Assembly (NCBI GenBank): GCA_964016885.1
Contig: OZ024754.1
Location: 27,590,001 to 27,654,000 of the forward strand
From: Eledone cirrhosa
Lineage: Eukaryota
Length of the DNA: 64,000 nt
Direction of reading: 5' to 3'
Positions within the stretch are counted from its first letter, which is position 1. Each line of letters opens with the position of its first letter. Made by a program: the position numbers and the translations under genes. Below the pieces are notes generated by a model. The model was not told where the DNA came from and searched no databases. It saw only the letters and a program-made list of their open reading frames with translations. Shown piece by piece: positions 52,650 to 64,000 of the stretch.

Positions 52650-53714
52650 AATATAATATATATATATAGTGGGGGTATTATTGATTTCTTCATAGTAGAC
52701 ACAAGACTTCATATATCTGTAAGAAATGGTGTGTTATCTATAATATTGAAATGCTCGTCAGCAGGCATCATGTATTTAGTTTCGCTCTCGACAATGTTGA
52801 CAATACGATTGCGTCTTAATTCATCCAATTTAATTTCGTTTTAACTGTGTCTCCTACACCTACAATGAAATAGTAGTTTTTTTGTTTCTTTGTTTGTTGT
52901 TGTTGTTTTGGAAATCCATGAGCACGACTCGTGAGTAAGATATCCCAAAAGTATTTGTCAATTAGGATACAGTCGATTCTTCTGATCCTATTCATATGGT
53001 TTTGAGTTCGATTTCCGTTGAGGCATTGTCCTCGTGCAATACATTTTATTTCACGTTGTTCAAAACAGGGAGAAATGAGGCAAAATGCGGAGATTTCACA
53101 TAATGAAAGCTATACCCATTTTCACTAGATAAGACATCTCTCACCCATCCCAAAGTACATGGGAGACCTCCCTGTCGGACGGGGAGAGTTGACAGGTCTA
53201 TTTTGTTTTCTTTTTATACATGCAGGAATATAAAAAGAAAGAGTGAAGTTTAAACTGATCGTACGAATATTTATAACATACTCATACTAGAGCATTTGTT
53301 TTCAGAAATTACATGGAATTTTAAGGACGTCATCTGGTGAAGGTTTGCACAAACATTATATTGTTTTTTTTTACAGAGACACGGGTATATCATGTTTCTT
53401 ACTTATATAACTTTCTGAACCACCAGTGAAGCTCGTAGTACAAAGAAGCATTTGATGCCGCTTTAGTTTGTGGTCTACCCGGTTGTTTACACCGTAGCAC
53501 GTGGTCCACCTGCACATTTACAGTTCGGCGTGCATTTTGCCTCAACTACAAAAACGTTCGTTGTACTGCAGGCTGATGAAAATACTTTAAATAACGTTGA
53601 ATAATGAAATGCGATATCTACTTCACCATTATAAGAATATTATAAGAAGTACTCGGGTCAAAAGAGTAAAATAGGTTAAGGACAGGTAATAAATTCATGC
53701 TAGAAAGATCATAA

Positions 53715-54545
53715 AACTACAACATCAGCTATGATCTAGATAGACAGATCAAGAGTCGTTACACAGTATAGACTAGAAGACAGCGGTTGACTATACACTA
53801 AGCAACATAAATCGAGATTTAGATAAAAAGATCAGGTCACTACACTGTGTAGACTAGGCATCACTGCGGTTGACTATACACTAAGCAACATGAATCGAGA
53901 TTTAGATAAACAGAGCAGGTCACTACACAGTGTAGACTAGGCATCACTGCGGTTGACTATACACTAAACAACATAAACCGAGATTTAGATAGACTGATCA
54001 AGTCATAACAGATCGTAGATTAGACCTCACTACGGTTAACTATGCGTTAAACAACATATTGCGAGATTTAGATAGACAGGTCAAGTCATTACAAAACGTA
54101 GACTATACGACATTGTGGTTGACTAAACACTAAACAACGTATAGCGAGATTTAGATAGACAGATCAAATCATTACACAGCGTAGACTAGACGTCACTGTG
54201 GTTGACTATATACTAAACAACCACATCAACTGAGGTCTCATTGGTCAGGTCAGACCATTGCACAGCATAAACTACAATTATAGAAGTTGACCTCTCGCTA
54301 AACATCCACATTAACTAAGGTCATAATAGAGTAGGTTATTACACAGCATAGACTTGACACTTCGGTTGACTATGCACTAAACAGCCACATAAACTAAGGT
54401 AGCTATTGAAAAGTCAAGTCATTACAAGGCGTATGCTACTGATACTGTGGTAGGCCACCTATTAAACTGCAGCATCAGTTGAGATCTCGATAGGTCATTG
54501 CACAGTATAGACTACGTATAGTGCGGTTGTATTCGTTCTAAACGC
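53715..54545. repeat. 83-bp minisatellite, about 10 diverging copies
   Basis: GATTTAGATA recurs at 53816, 53899, 53982, 54065, 54148; later units more diverged. Confidence 0.9.
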
Positions 54546-57500
54546 AAAGACTTGGCTTTAAGCGATTTCGAAAAGACGCATCAGGCTGTCGCAATCAAAT
54601 GCGATATCTACTTCACCATTATAAGAATACTTAACGGAAATAATATCGATATATTAATTAGTATGGATTGTCTTTATTTGCACGATGCATGTGCCACTAA
54701 TGAAATATCAATCCTATTTATCCCGGAGGCTGATTGATACACACGTCACCGTTATATAATCATGGATATACTTAAATCCTGGCTTAATTTATCAATTTAA
54801 TGTGATTATTTCAACGAGTTCTACACGAGTATTGAAGGATACAAATAACTTTTGTTTTATTTTCAGAAAATAGATAAAGGTTTAATTATTTTTGTATATT
54901 AATCATGTTACCGGAATTCGATTTATATATTAATGGGCTATCTGAATTAAGAAATCATTTAGTACTACTTAAATACACATTTCTGATTTCGTCGATTATA
55001 TTAAACCCAATTGTCAAAATGATGCTTAGTCATTTCACCTAAAGAGTCAGTATTTTTGTTGCGATGATGTTGTGGCTTTATGTATGTAACGACTCGTAAC
55101 ACCTAGGGAAGTGACAGGGGTTCCAAATTGACATACAGCGTTTCTAAAGGGGTTTTTAAACCTGGTGGAGCCCATCTCAGTGTGTTTTAATTAGTTCCTA
55201 TGAAAGAATTTATTATTGAATCATCACTAAAATGTCACGTGTTAAATTTATTTAATTCGACATGTCTCTATAAAACACCAAATATCATTCCGATATTCTT
55301 CTCTTAAAACTTCAGGTAAAAATTGAATCGGTTACAAATACGCCTAAACTATTAGAACTTGTGAATATTAATTACCTTTGACAACGCCGAATTACCTAAG
55401 GTATTTAGGAAAATGTTGCATTTGGGAGGTGCGATGTTCAGGAATTTTTCAGAAGTTAATTAGTTTTCAATCGAGGTTCGAAAACTATGATTACATTCAC
55501 TACGATGTTACCACTGATTAATTGGTTACCACAACAATAGTTGAGTGGCAGAGAAGGCAGATTACTCAGCTGTGAAATCAGACGCATATTCGAGCTTCAA
55601 AAACTGGAACCTTTACAAAATACGCAGAAGAAATATATGGAAGCAGGCATGGTCGAATGATTAAGAAGTTACCTTTGCACAAATGTTGGCTGAGGTTCGA
55701 TACCATGGTGTAATATCTTGGACAATTACCGTTTACAATAGCCTCGCGTCGATCTAAGATTTGAAAATTTAATTTGAGACGGAAACTACGTGGAAGCCTG
55801 TTGAATCGATTATACCTATATTTGAGAGAGCCAGCCTTGTCATACACGTTGTTTTACTCAATTTCAGTAATAAATAATTAAGTAAATGGTACACGAGTCT
55901 GTACAACACTATGTCACTTACGCTGCAATACAGGATGGATTGTACAATTAATTGAAACGACCAGTTTTCTAACACTGTCACGCTGAATCTCCCGAAGAAT
56001 TCCATCAATTTAACGTCTCTGTGAAATGATGAATCATGTGCACGTGAATTTCGTGAGCAGGCTGTTTCGTTGATCGAGCAACTCACTGGTGCACTCGTTG
56101 AAACCAACGGAGGTCCATTCTAGTCCATTTCAAAAGTAATGAAGTTAATGGCCGTCTTAATAATGAAGCTATAGAACATGAAGCTGAATATCACAAAAGC
56201 AATCGTTGGCATCAATCCATTATGTTTACATCCAGTTCGGAGGAATGGCTTTACTGAAAACAAAAGCAATATGGCTGTCTAAATGGGAAACCTTATTTTG
56301 CCATCATTAATAACGTTACTATAATCATTTATCATATTCACTTCAACAACTGAATGACAAATTATCGAATACAACACCATGAAATACACTGCCTGCTTTC
56401 ATTTAGTGTACACATCTGTCTTGATAATTAATAGAACAACTTAGACGTCAGTATCAAACGCCAGACTCTTCCATTGGAAAAGGTTTAGCTGTAACCTAGT
56501 CTTGATTTTCTTCCGTTGTAGACATAATTTAATGGTTTCAAATATACAAGTAAATCCCGAATAAATGACATGTTTATACATTCATTTTCCTGAGGTTTGC
56601 CAGTGTAAAATCAACAAATTTTGTTTTTATTCGTTACTATACCTCTGATGAAAAATACTTTCTGTTTCAATTCATTTTCAAAATAACCAACAATTTGGAG
56701 AGATTTAGTAAAATAAGGAATGTTCTCCTTATTAAGCTGGTGTATAGAATATAATTGTTGTTACATGAAATTATGATATAAAGGTTTTAGATAAACAACT
56801 GGAAATGAACAGACTTGATCCGTTGAACCAGGAGCAGTTTCAGATGGTTTGATATTAAAACAGATAATAAAGAAAAGACGTGTCACTCATTACACAATGC
56901 TTCTAAGGGTATTCCCGAGAGTTAACGCTCTAGAGAGAAAGGCGTGCACATAATTAAAGTGTGATAGGGACATGGGTAGATACTATGAATAGGATACAGA
57001 GTATTTGGAAGCCTATATTTGAAGGATACAGAGTATTACAGGCTATTTTTGAAGTGGTATGCGTCAACCCTGCTTTGGACAGCAGGATTATTATAGGTTT
57101 TTATATAGGTTAGAATCATTCTGTTTTCTAACAAGCAAATTCTATATCAAGCTCCTCTTTAGTACTACCTTCAATGTTCAGTATCACAAAATATTAAAAC
57201 TACAAATATTCACAATAGACATATCTAATAATCCGTCTAACCAATATTTGGTTTATGTTACGCAAAGACCCTGACTAATGCATTAGACTATTAAGCGTAC
57301 ATAAAAAAACGACTACCAGGTGGAAGAAAATCTCAACTTTAGATTCAAGTCTAACAAACGACTGGCTTAAGTAAACAGCATTACACACTAGAAGAGAAAA
57401 TCTTCATTAATCAAGAACATTAATCAATAACATTAAATTTATAAAACGGAACAATAGTTTTCAGGCGGAACTAAATGGCAAATTACGATAAATGATGTAA

Positions 57501-57572
57501 TTCAAAGAATTCTTTTGCACAATCTGATAAAGTCAAATTCTTTCCGAAACAGACGGAGCTACTTAGTAGAGA

Positions 57573-57806
57573 GTCTTATCTAACTATATTACCAACAGCT
57601 ACATACAACTTCGGTAAAAAAGATTTGTAACAGTGTTCAATGTTTAAAAGAGATCTGTTTGGTGTGAGATAGTTATGTATGTACAGGAAGTCGTATCTAA
57701 CTATATCCCCAACAGATGCATACAAGTTTGGTAAAATAGATGTGTAACAGTGTTCAATATTCAAATGAGATTAGTTTTGTGTGTGATAGTTATGTAGGTA
57801 CAGAGA
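57573..57806. repeat. 117-bp tandem dimer
   Basis: tatctaactatat..tgtaacagtgttcaat..gatagttatgta at 57577 and 57694. Confidence 0.75.
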
Positions 57807-58818
57807 GTATGATCTATATTAGCGACTGTACTGTTGCGGGGATCAGATGCAAGTTGAAAACGATATTCATGTAGTAAAGTTCAGAAAATAAAATAATTAT
57901 ATACTACAATACATATAGCAGGTATAAAAGCAATCAGAATATAAGAAATATTACTTACATTACTTATTATACCTAAAATAATCCTATACCGTTTTTTCAA
58001 ATCTACGAGCAAAAAACTACGAACTACCATAATTAAAATAAACAAGGCTGAACTAATGGATTTCAAACCAAAGACTTTCTTAGTAGGAATTGTCTTTGAA
58101 CTAGTACCACAAAATATATGTCCTTTAGGACATCACTTGAATCACTGCCTCGACGCCGAAGGCTTATCGGCAAATGACACTAAGCTGAAATAAAACTTAG
58201 ATGTGTTTTTAGGCGTCATATATACAGTAAATATGTTGAAAGAGCTAGAAATAGTTCATCGATTCGTTCAAATAGAGCAGCTCAACCATAATTTGCGAGC
58301 AGTATATCACAAATAAATCGAAATTTCAACATCTCGATTTCGTTGCTCTAAAAAACCCATTACAGGGCTTACTTTTACAAATATATTACATACACAATAT
58401 ATATATACTGACACATGTATAACTTTTGTTACTGCTCCATCCATATATATCACTCCTCACGATCTCTGGTTATCTGTATTGTTGACACTCCTCACCACCC
58501 CTCAATCTCCCTCTATCTACCACTCCTTACCATCTTTTGCTCTCTCCTTCCTTTTTCTCCATCTCTATCTATTACAAGGCAATACATATATAAATATACA
58601 CCCATATTATCTCCATTATATATTTAATAGACCAAGACAATTTTCTATGATTCCGATATTTTCAGTGAATCTATAGATAATTTAATATGAGATTGTGGTC
58701 TGGAAGCATAACACATTATGGATAATATACCTGTTATTATATATCTATATTGTATATGCATATGTGTGTGTGTGCGTGTGGAGTTATTTACGTATATTAT
58801 CTATCCAACTATATACAG

Positions 58819-58918
<100 letters not shown>

Positions 58919-59329
58919 CCACACACACACATAAATATATATATATATGTTAAACACTCGCAAAAACATACACATGCGCCACACACAGAGAAATATATAT
59001 ATATATATATGCGCACCTCGGTGTCTGTGTGTGCCTATATGTGTGTGTGTGCGTATATGTGTGTGTGTGTGTGTTTATGATTTCGCCTAAATATTTTGCT
59101 CTGCTGGTGTTAAACATAATATGACGAGAAATGGTGACAGCTTCTTGTAAATTCCTCAGATATGAATTGGAAAATACAATTGTTCTAGCTGTTGAAAACA
59201 CCTGTGACTCAGTGAATAGGTAACCCAAATTAATAGTTGTATTCTAATAGAAATATTTTTCATATTCTGCAGAGGGAAAAATACATTTATCTATACACAC
59301 ATAACTATAGTGTTATTTTACTGGTTTCA

Positions 59330-59990
59330 TCGTTGAACTGCGGTCATACTGAATCAAAGTCTTTCTGATGGGTGAGTTCGGAGAGTTAGGGGAAAGCAAC
59401 AAGGCCAAAGACTTTGAGGTGGTGGTAAGGGGAGTTTGCCTGGAAGTTTGGAATGTCGAACCACCAGAGATTGGTTACCGAGCCGGATTTCCCTGTCATG
59501 AACGACGAACCACTCCTGCAGTCAACGGCTGGTTTGACCAATGTAAACGGCCTCGCATACTATACATCACAGCCTGTAGGCGAAACGCATGGAGTGAAAT
59601 GAGTCCCTAACTAAGGAGTAGGCGTTGGAACCAGTGAGGCTGATGATGTTGGTGATAGCGCAGAATGTATGTCAGCTGGGTCGAGAGCTGGGTGAGATCT
59701 GAGCGAGGATTTGCCGGCGGAAGCGATTTCAGTAGCTATGTGCGCGCTTGATGGTGGGTGGGATAAAATGAGTAGTAGGGAGGGGTTTAACTGGGTGTAG
59801 AAGATGGTGTGTTAGGTGTGAGTGGAGTGGAAGAGGTGGAGTCGAAGTAGGAGTGGGAGTCGGTAGGTTTGATGAAAATGGATGGGTTGAGGGAGAGATG
59901 TAAAGGGTTAATGGAGACAGAGATGTCTAAGAAATAAACAGAAGTTGTGGCCTCAACTACTTGGGCCAGCGTCGATGGATTGGGATTTGT
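59330..59990 (-). mobile_element. Penelope-like RT C-terminal fragment, decayed
   Basis: Minus: SVYFLDISVSIN..SIFIKPTDSHSYFDSTSS, the PLE FLD..KPTDSHSYL motif. Confidence 0.75.
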
Positions 59991-61164
59991 GGAGAGGGCG
60001 GCAAACTGTTGACAACCAGTGCTCAATATATTGCTTCTCAGCTCTTCAGAGAAATCCTTGAATCTGCTTTTTAGACACTTTTAGTTTCGTGTTAGAGACA
60101 TTGAATCTACATCCAAGCAATCAATATCATTGTCCTGGTTGTAGTCTTCATTTGTCATTTGATATACCACCATCACCATCCTGCTCTTCGGGGGTAGCCT
60201 TAATCTAACATCCGGTTTTGTACCATCACATTGGCTTTGAGTGCCTTTAGCCCAGTAAACTCTCCTGCAAATATTCAGATAGAATTTTAGGTTTGATTGT
60301 ATCTTCTCTAAAGCTCCCACCAATATGAAATGCACTGAAAATGATTCTGGGAACTCTCTTTCCACTATTGACTAAAAAGTAAAATTAATTCATGAGAACG
60401 ATGACCTAACGCATTACTAATGAGTACAACTTTGGTCTTTGCTACTTTTATATTACAATAAATTGATATAACAGTGCTAGTGAAGGAAGTAAATTTCAGC
60501 GACAAAATCGAAAACTAATAAAAATAAAACAACATAGAAAGCTTTACGAATAATTTATTTTGATATATGTCTAGTCCTTGTCACTCTCATCATTACATAC
60601 ATAAATCATCAAACAGTTGCTCCGTTGGAAGCCTGTAACCTACAATGGCATCGATCATCTGTCATGAAAAATATAAAATGAACAAACAAAACAGACTTAC
60701 TATGTCGCTATAATTTCATGGACAAGATTCAAATACTTTCAGACCAATATTCACATTTCCATCCACAAACAAATCTCTTGAACAAATGGCTCGTTGTAGT
60801 GCTGTTTATTCAAACATCCGGAAGAGATATTATTCTCCAAGACTTGTTTATACGACATAAGTCGATATTTTTCTAAATGTTTTACTTTCTAGTAACTGAG
60901 TCGATCACTTGGAGACTTCATCCGCTGGCAGTTATAAGAATGTGCCAACATGCTGGAGTACAAAACATTTTATCTTATTTTGCCTTACAAACGTGACGTT
61001 CCAAATGATACACTGTTAAAACAACTTCGGTAAATATTCTCATTTCAAACAAATATGCACATAATCAAATAACCCACGCAGATCCTAAGACGTCTAATGT
61101 AACTGGTATGGCATCAAGTGCAGATCAACTTTTAAATGGATCAATTCTTTTTTTATACCAATCC

Positions 61165-61795
61165 CATCTCTCCTGCCTTCGTTTTGTCACGCAACGGACC
61201 AATGGCGCAGGGCTTATGTTGATGCCCTCCTTATCAAGCGGTACTCTTCTTGGCACTGAGTCCACTCGCATCGGAATGGCCCAACACTCAGACCTCTGCA
61301 CAAATGCCGATATGGAGCTGTTGTTGATGTGTTTGGTTTCCTCCCGATATCCTGCCACCATAGCACAAGTTGGTCCTGTCTATACAATATAAGAAGAAGC
61401 CGTGACACGACTGGAGCCAGCTGGCGTCGAATGTCATGATGGTAAGAGTTCAAACGTGATAACATCCCTTCCCATTCCACAGACGTAACTCCCTAATCTG
61501 GAATACCACCAGTTATGACTATTTAACCGCCTCCAGCCTTGTCGATTCGGCCGCAAATCCGAGGACCATAGCCTGAAATGCAGAGGTGAGGAAGATAACC
61601 AAGTACCGGGGCTTGACCGACCGTTTCTTATACGCGCCGGTTGCCGTCGAGGCCTTAGGTATCATCGGTCCCTATTTTTTCCGCAAATTCAGGAAGACCG
61701 CAGCCCTTCTGAGGATGAAGCCCGTTGAGGTATGGTTGCTGCAGCAGCCTTCGCCTTGTCCACGTGGCGCAGCAGAAACATACCGCATTTCCCCT
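61165..61795 (+). mobile_element. CRE-like non-LTR retrotransposon 3' fragment
   Basis: GAGLMLMPSLSSGTLLGTESTRIGMA, DGKSSNV (degenerate DGKRPDG), KITKYRGLTDRFLYAPVAVEALGIIGP. Confidence 0.7.
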
Positions 61796-62383
61796 TTCTT
61801 TTGTTGCTTAATTTAATTTTATTTTTTATTACATTTATTTCATGACGAGATAACTTGAACAAATGATTACTCGTACCAGCGTTGTTTAGTCAAGTAAATA
61901 TTTTGAGCGACATTTTCTTCTCAAAGACTTCCATCATAATACGTAAGTTGTTAAAGATATTTTCTATATTTTCCACAAGTGCCTAAGCAAAGGCTAAAAG
62001 TAACAACAGTAACTAAAAATGTCAAACTAGGATTATATTGTCCAGTTGTCAAACGACAGACCAAGCGTTCACCATCACATACAAACGTCAGATTGAAGCA
62101 TTCGCCATCACCAACAAACGTCAGACGACACCTTCTCCACTATCACTGACGAGAACATGATAGCTACATTAGAGTTAAAAAGTAAGAGAGTAGAGGAGAG
62201 GAGACATTACTTCTGCATGAAACACTGCTAAGAGCTAAGAATCCAAATGTCGATAAAGTGTTATTTATCAGTAAAGGACAATGAGATCGCGATAGTCAGT
62301 AAACAATATCTGAATACGGCAACCATTTTACTTCTACTTGGAAACACTATGCAAGTGTTCGTTTTATATGCGTATTTTTTAGC

Positions 62384-62423
<40 letters not shown>

Positions 62424-62531
62424 CATGCACACACATATATATATATATTTATGGATATATTTCTTAAACACACATTCGCCCACACATATACATAGACGCA
62501 TATTTTTATACGCTGGCTTAAACACACGCAC

Positions 62532-62623
<92 letters not shown>

Positions 62624-63206
62624 CTGTCTGTCTATGTCTGTGAAATATATTTACTTGCGTATTGAATGGATTTAAGTGATGTGTACTTTTTTTTTATTTA
62701 AATGTGCCAAGTTAACTTAGAAGATTTAAACGTGGTCATTTACAAAGAGCGCTCACAATAAATACAGATTTACATAAATGTTAACGTACAAGGACAATAG
62801 GCAGCAATTCTGGGAATGATTTGATGGTTGGTGGGGATTGTGCAGTGTTTGTCTTTGTCCAATATTACCGTGTCAATTCATAAATTATATATGTAACATT
62901 CATTCATATAGTTATTCAGAATTGTGTATGGAGTTTGTTCGAATAATTATCGGGCATAAATTTTGTATGTATTGAAACATTGTATATGTGAAGATAGACA
63001 GTGTAACAATGGACTATGAATAAATTATTATATGTACAAATTGTTGAAAATGAGTTAAAGTGGAGATGCCAACTCAATTGTGGTCAATTATATTAAAAGA
63101 CTTGACAAACAACCAAGGTTTTTGGTAAAACTTGTTAAAGGTTAGATGTGTGTGTATGTGTGTGAGAACGGGTGTGGATGTGCAACACTGGCCCTCCGCA
63201 TGCACA

Positions 63207-63238
<32 letters not shown>

Positions 63239-63277
63239 ATATATATATATATAATGTATATATATGTGTACATACAT

Positions 63278-63364
<87 letters not shown>

Positions 63365-63666
63365 CATATATATATATATGTATGTATGTATATATGTATA
63401 ATACATGCATGTATACATATATAATATATGTATATATAGATATATGTATATGTATATATAATACATGCATGTATACATATATAATATATGTATATATAAA
63501 TATATATATGTATATATCTATATAATGTATATATATATGTGTGAAACCAGGATTTTTTCATTCTGAGGATTGAAAGCAAAACCTTTTGCTTTTAAGAAAC
63601 CACTGGTAAATGGAATAATTGCCTTATGTTGTTTATTACATAATAATAATAATGTATATATATATA

Positions 63667-63722
<56 letters not shown>

Positions 63723-63754
63723 ATGCATGTACACATATATATACATTATATATA

Positions 63755-63818
<64 letters not shown>

Positions 63819-63822
<4 letters not shown>

Positions 63823-64000
63823 AAACAAAATGAAAACGAAATTTCATTTCTCACTCTTAGTATGGCACTTACTTAAATGTAAGTATGCATGTATACGTAC
63901 ATACATATATGTATACAGACGTACAGTAGCATGCACATATATATATATATATACATATGCATACAGGTACACATACATATATGCACGTATCAGTTTAGCG
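63819..64000 (-). mobile_element. Second locus of the family E 466-bp element (runs off the window)
   Basis: Matches 10733-10926 apart from a short microsatellite deletion; same terminus against (TA)n. Confidence 0.9.

Noticed and set aside
53570-53625. CTGATGA..GAAA on plus strand
   Set aside because: No convincing stem I or II pairing.
53715-54545. CRISPR-like periodicity
   Set aside because: Whole units are homologous with no unique spacers; eukaryotic context, no cas genes.
54550-54592. CTGATGC..GAAA on minus strand
   Set aside because: Core mutated and stems I and III do not pair.
57576-57764. 39-aa repeat protein from the 117-bp dimer
   Set aside because: Only two diverged units, no splice or domain support.
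63555-63600. CTGAGGA-TT-GAAA-GCAAAAccTTTTGC-TT
   Set aside because: Resembles family K but stem II is missing and stem I unpaired; too decayed to call.

Overview
AT-rich, microsatellite-saturated eukaryotic DNA with no confidently identifiable intact host gene; most ORF-track entries are (TA)n/(CA)n artefacts. The repeat content resembles an octopod/cephalopod mollusc genome (inference from a recurrent ~190-bp tRNA-headed SINE). It contains a tandem stack of R4/Dong-type RLE retrotransposons in (TAA)n (24.5-31 kb), decayed Penelope-like (RT/GIY-YIG), RTE and CRE-like fragments, a TTAA-flanked MITE and minisatellites. The main unexplained signal is about 25 type I hammerhead ribozyme (HHR) motifs, 16 with intact CUGANGA and GAAA cores, in roughly a dozen small non-coding families that mostly sit in (TA)n tracts. 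The clearest is a near-identical 3x466-bp tandem retrozyme-like array with one HHR per unit and an inverted terminal copy (10731-12444). Several families show head-to-head fold-back architecture and a shared U-U pair at the base of stem II. All folds were read by eye and were not computed.
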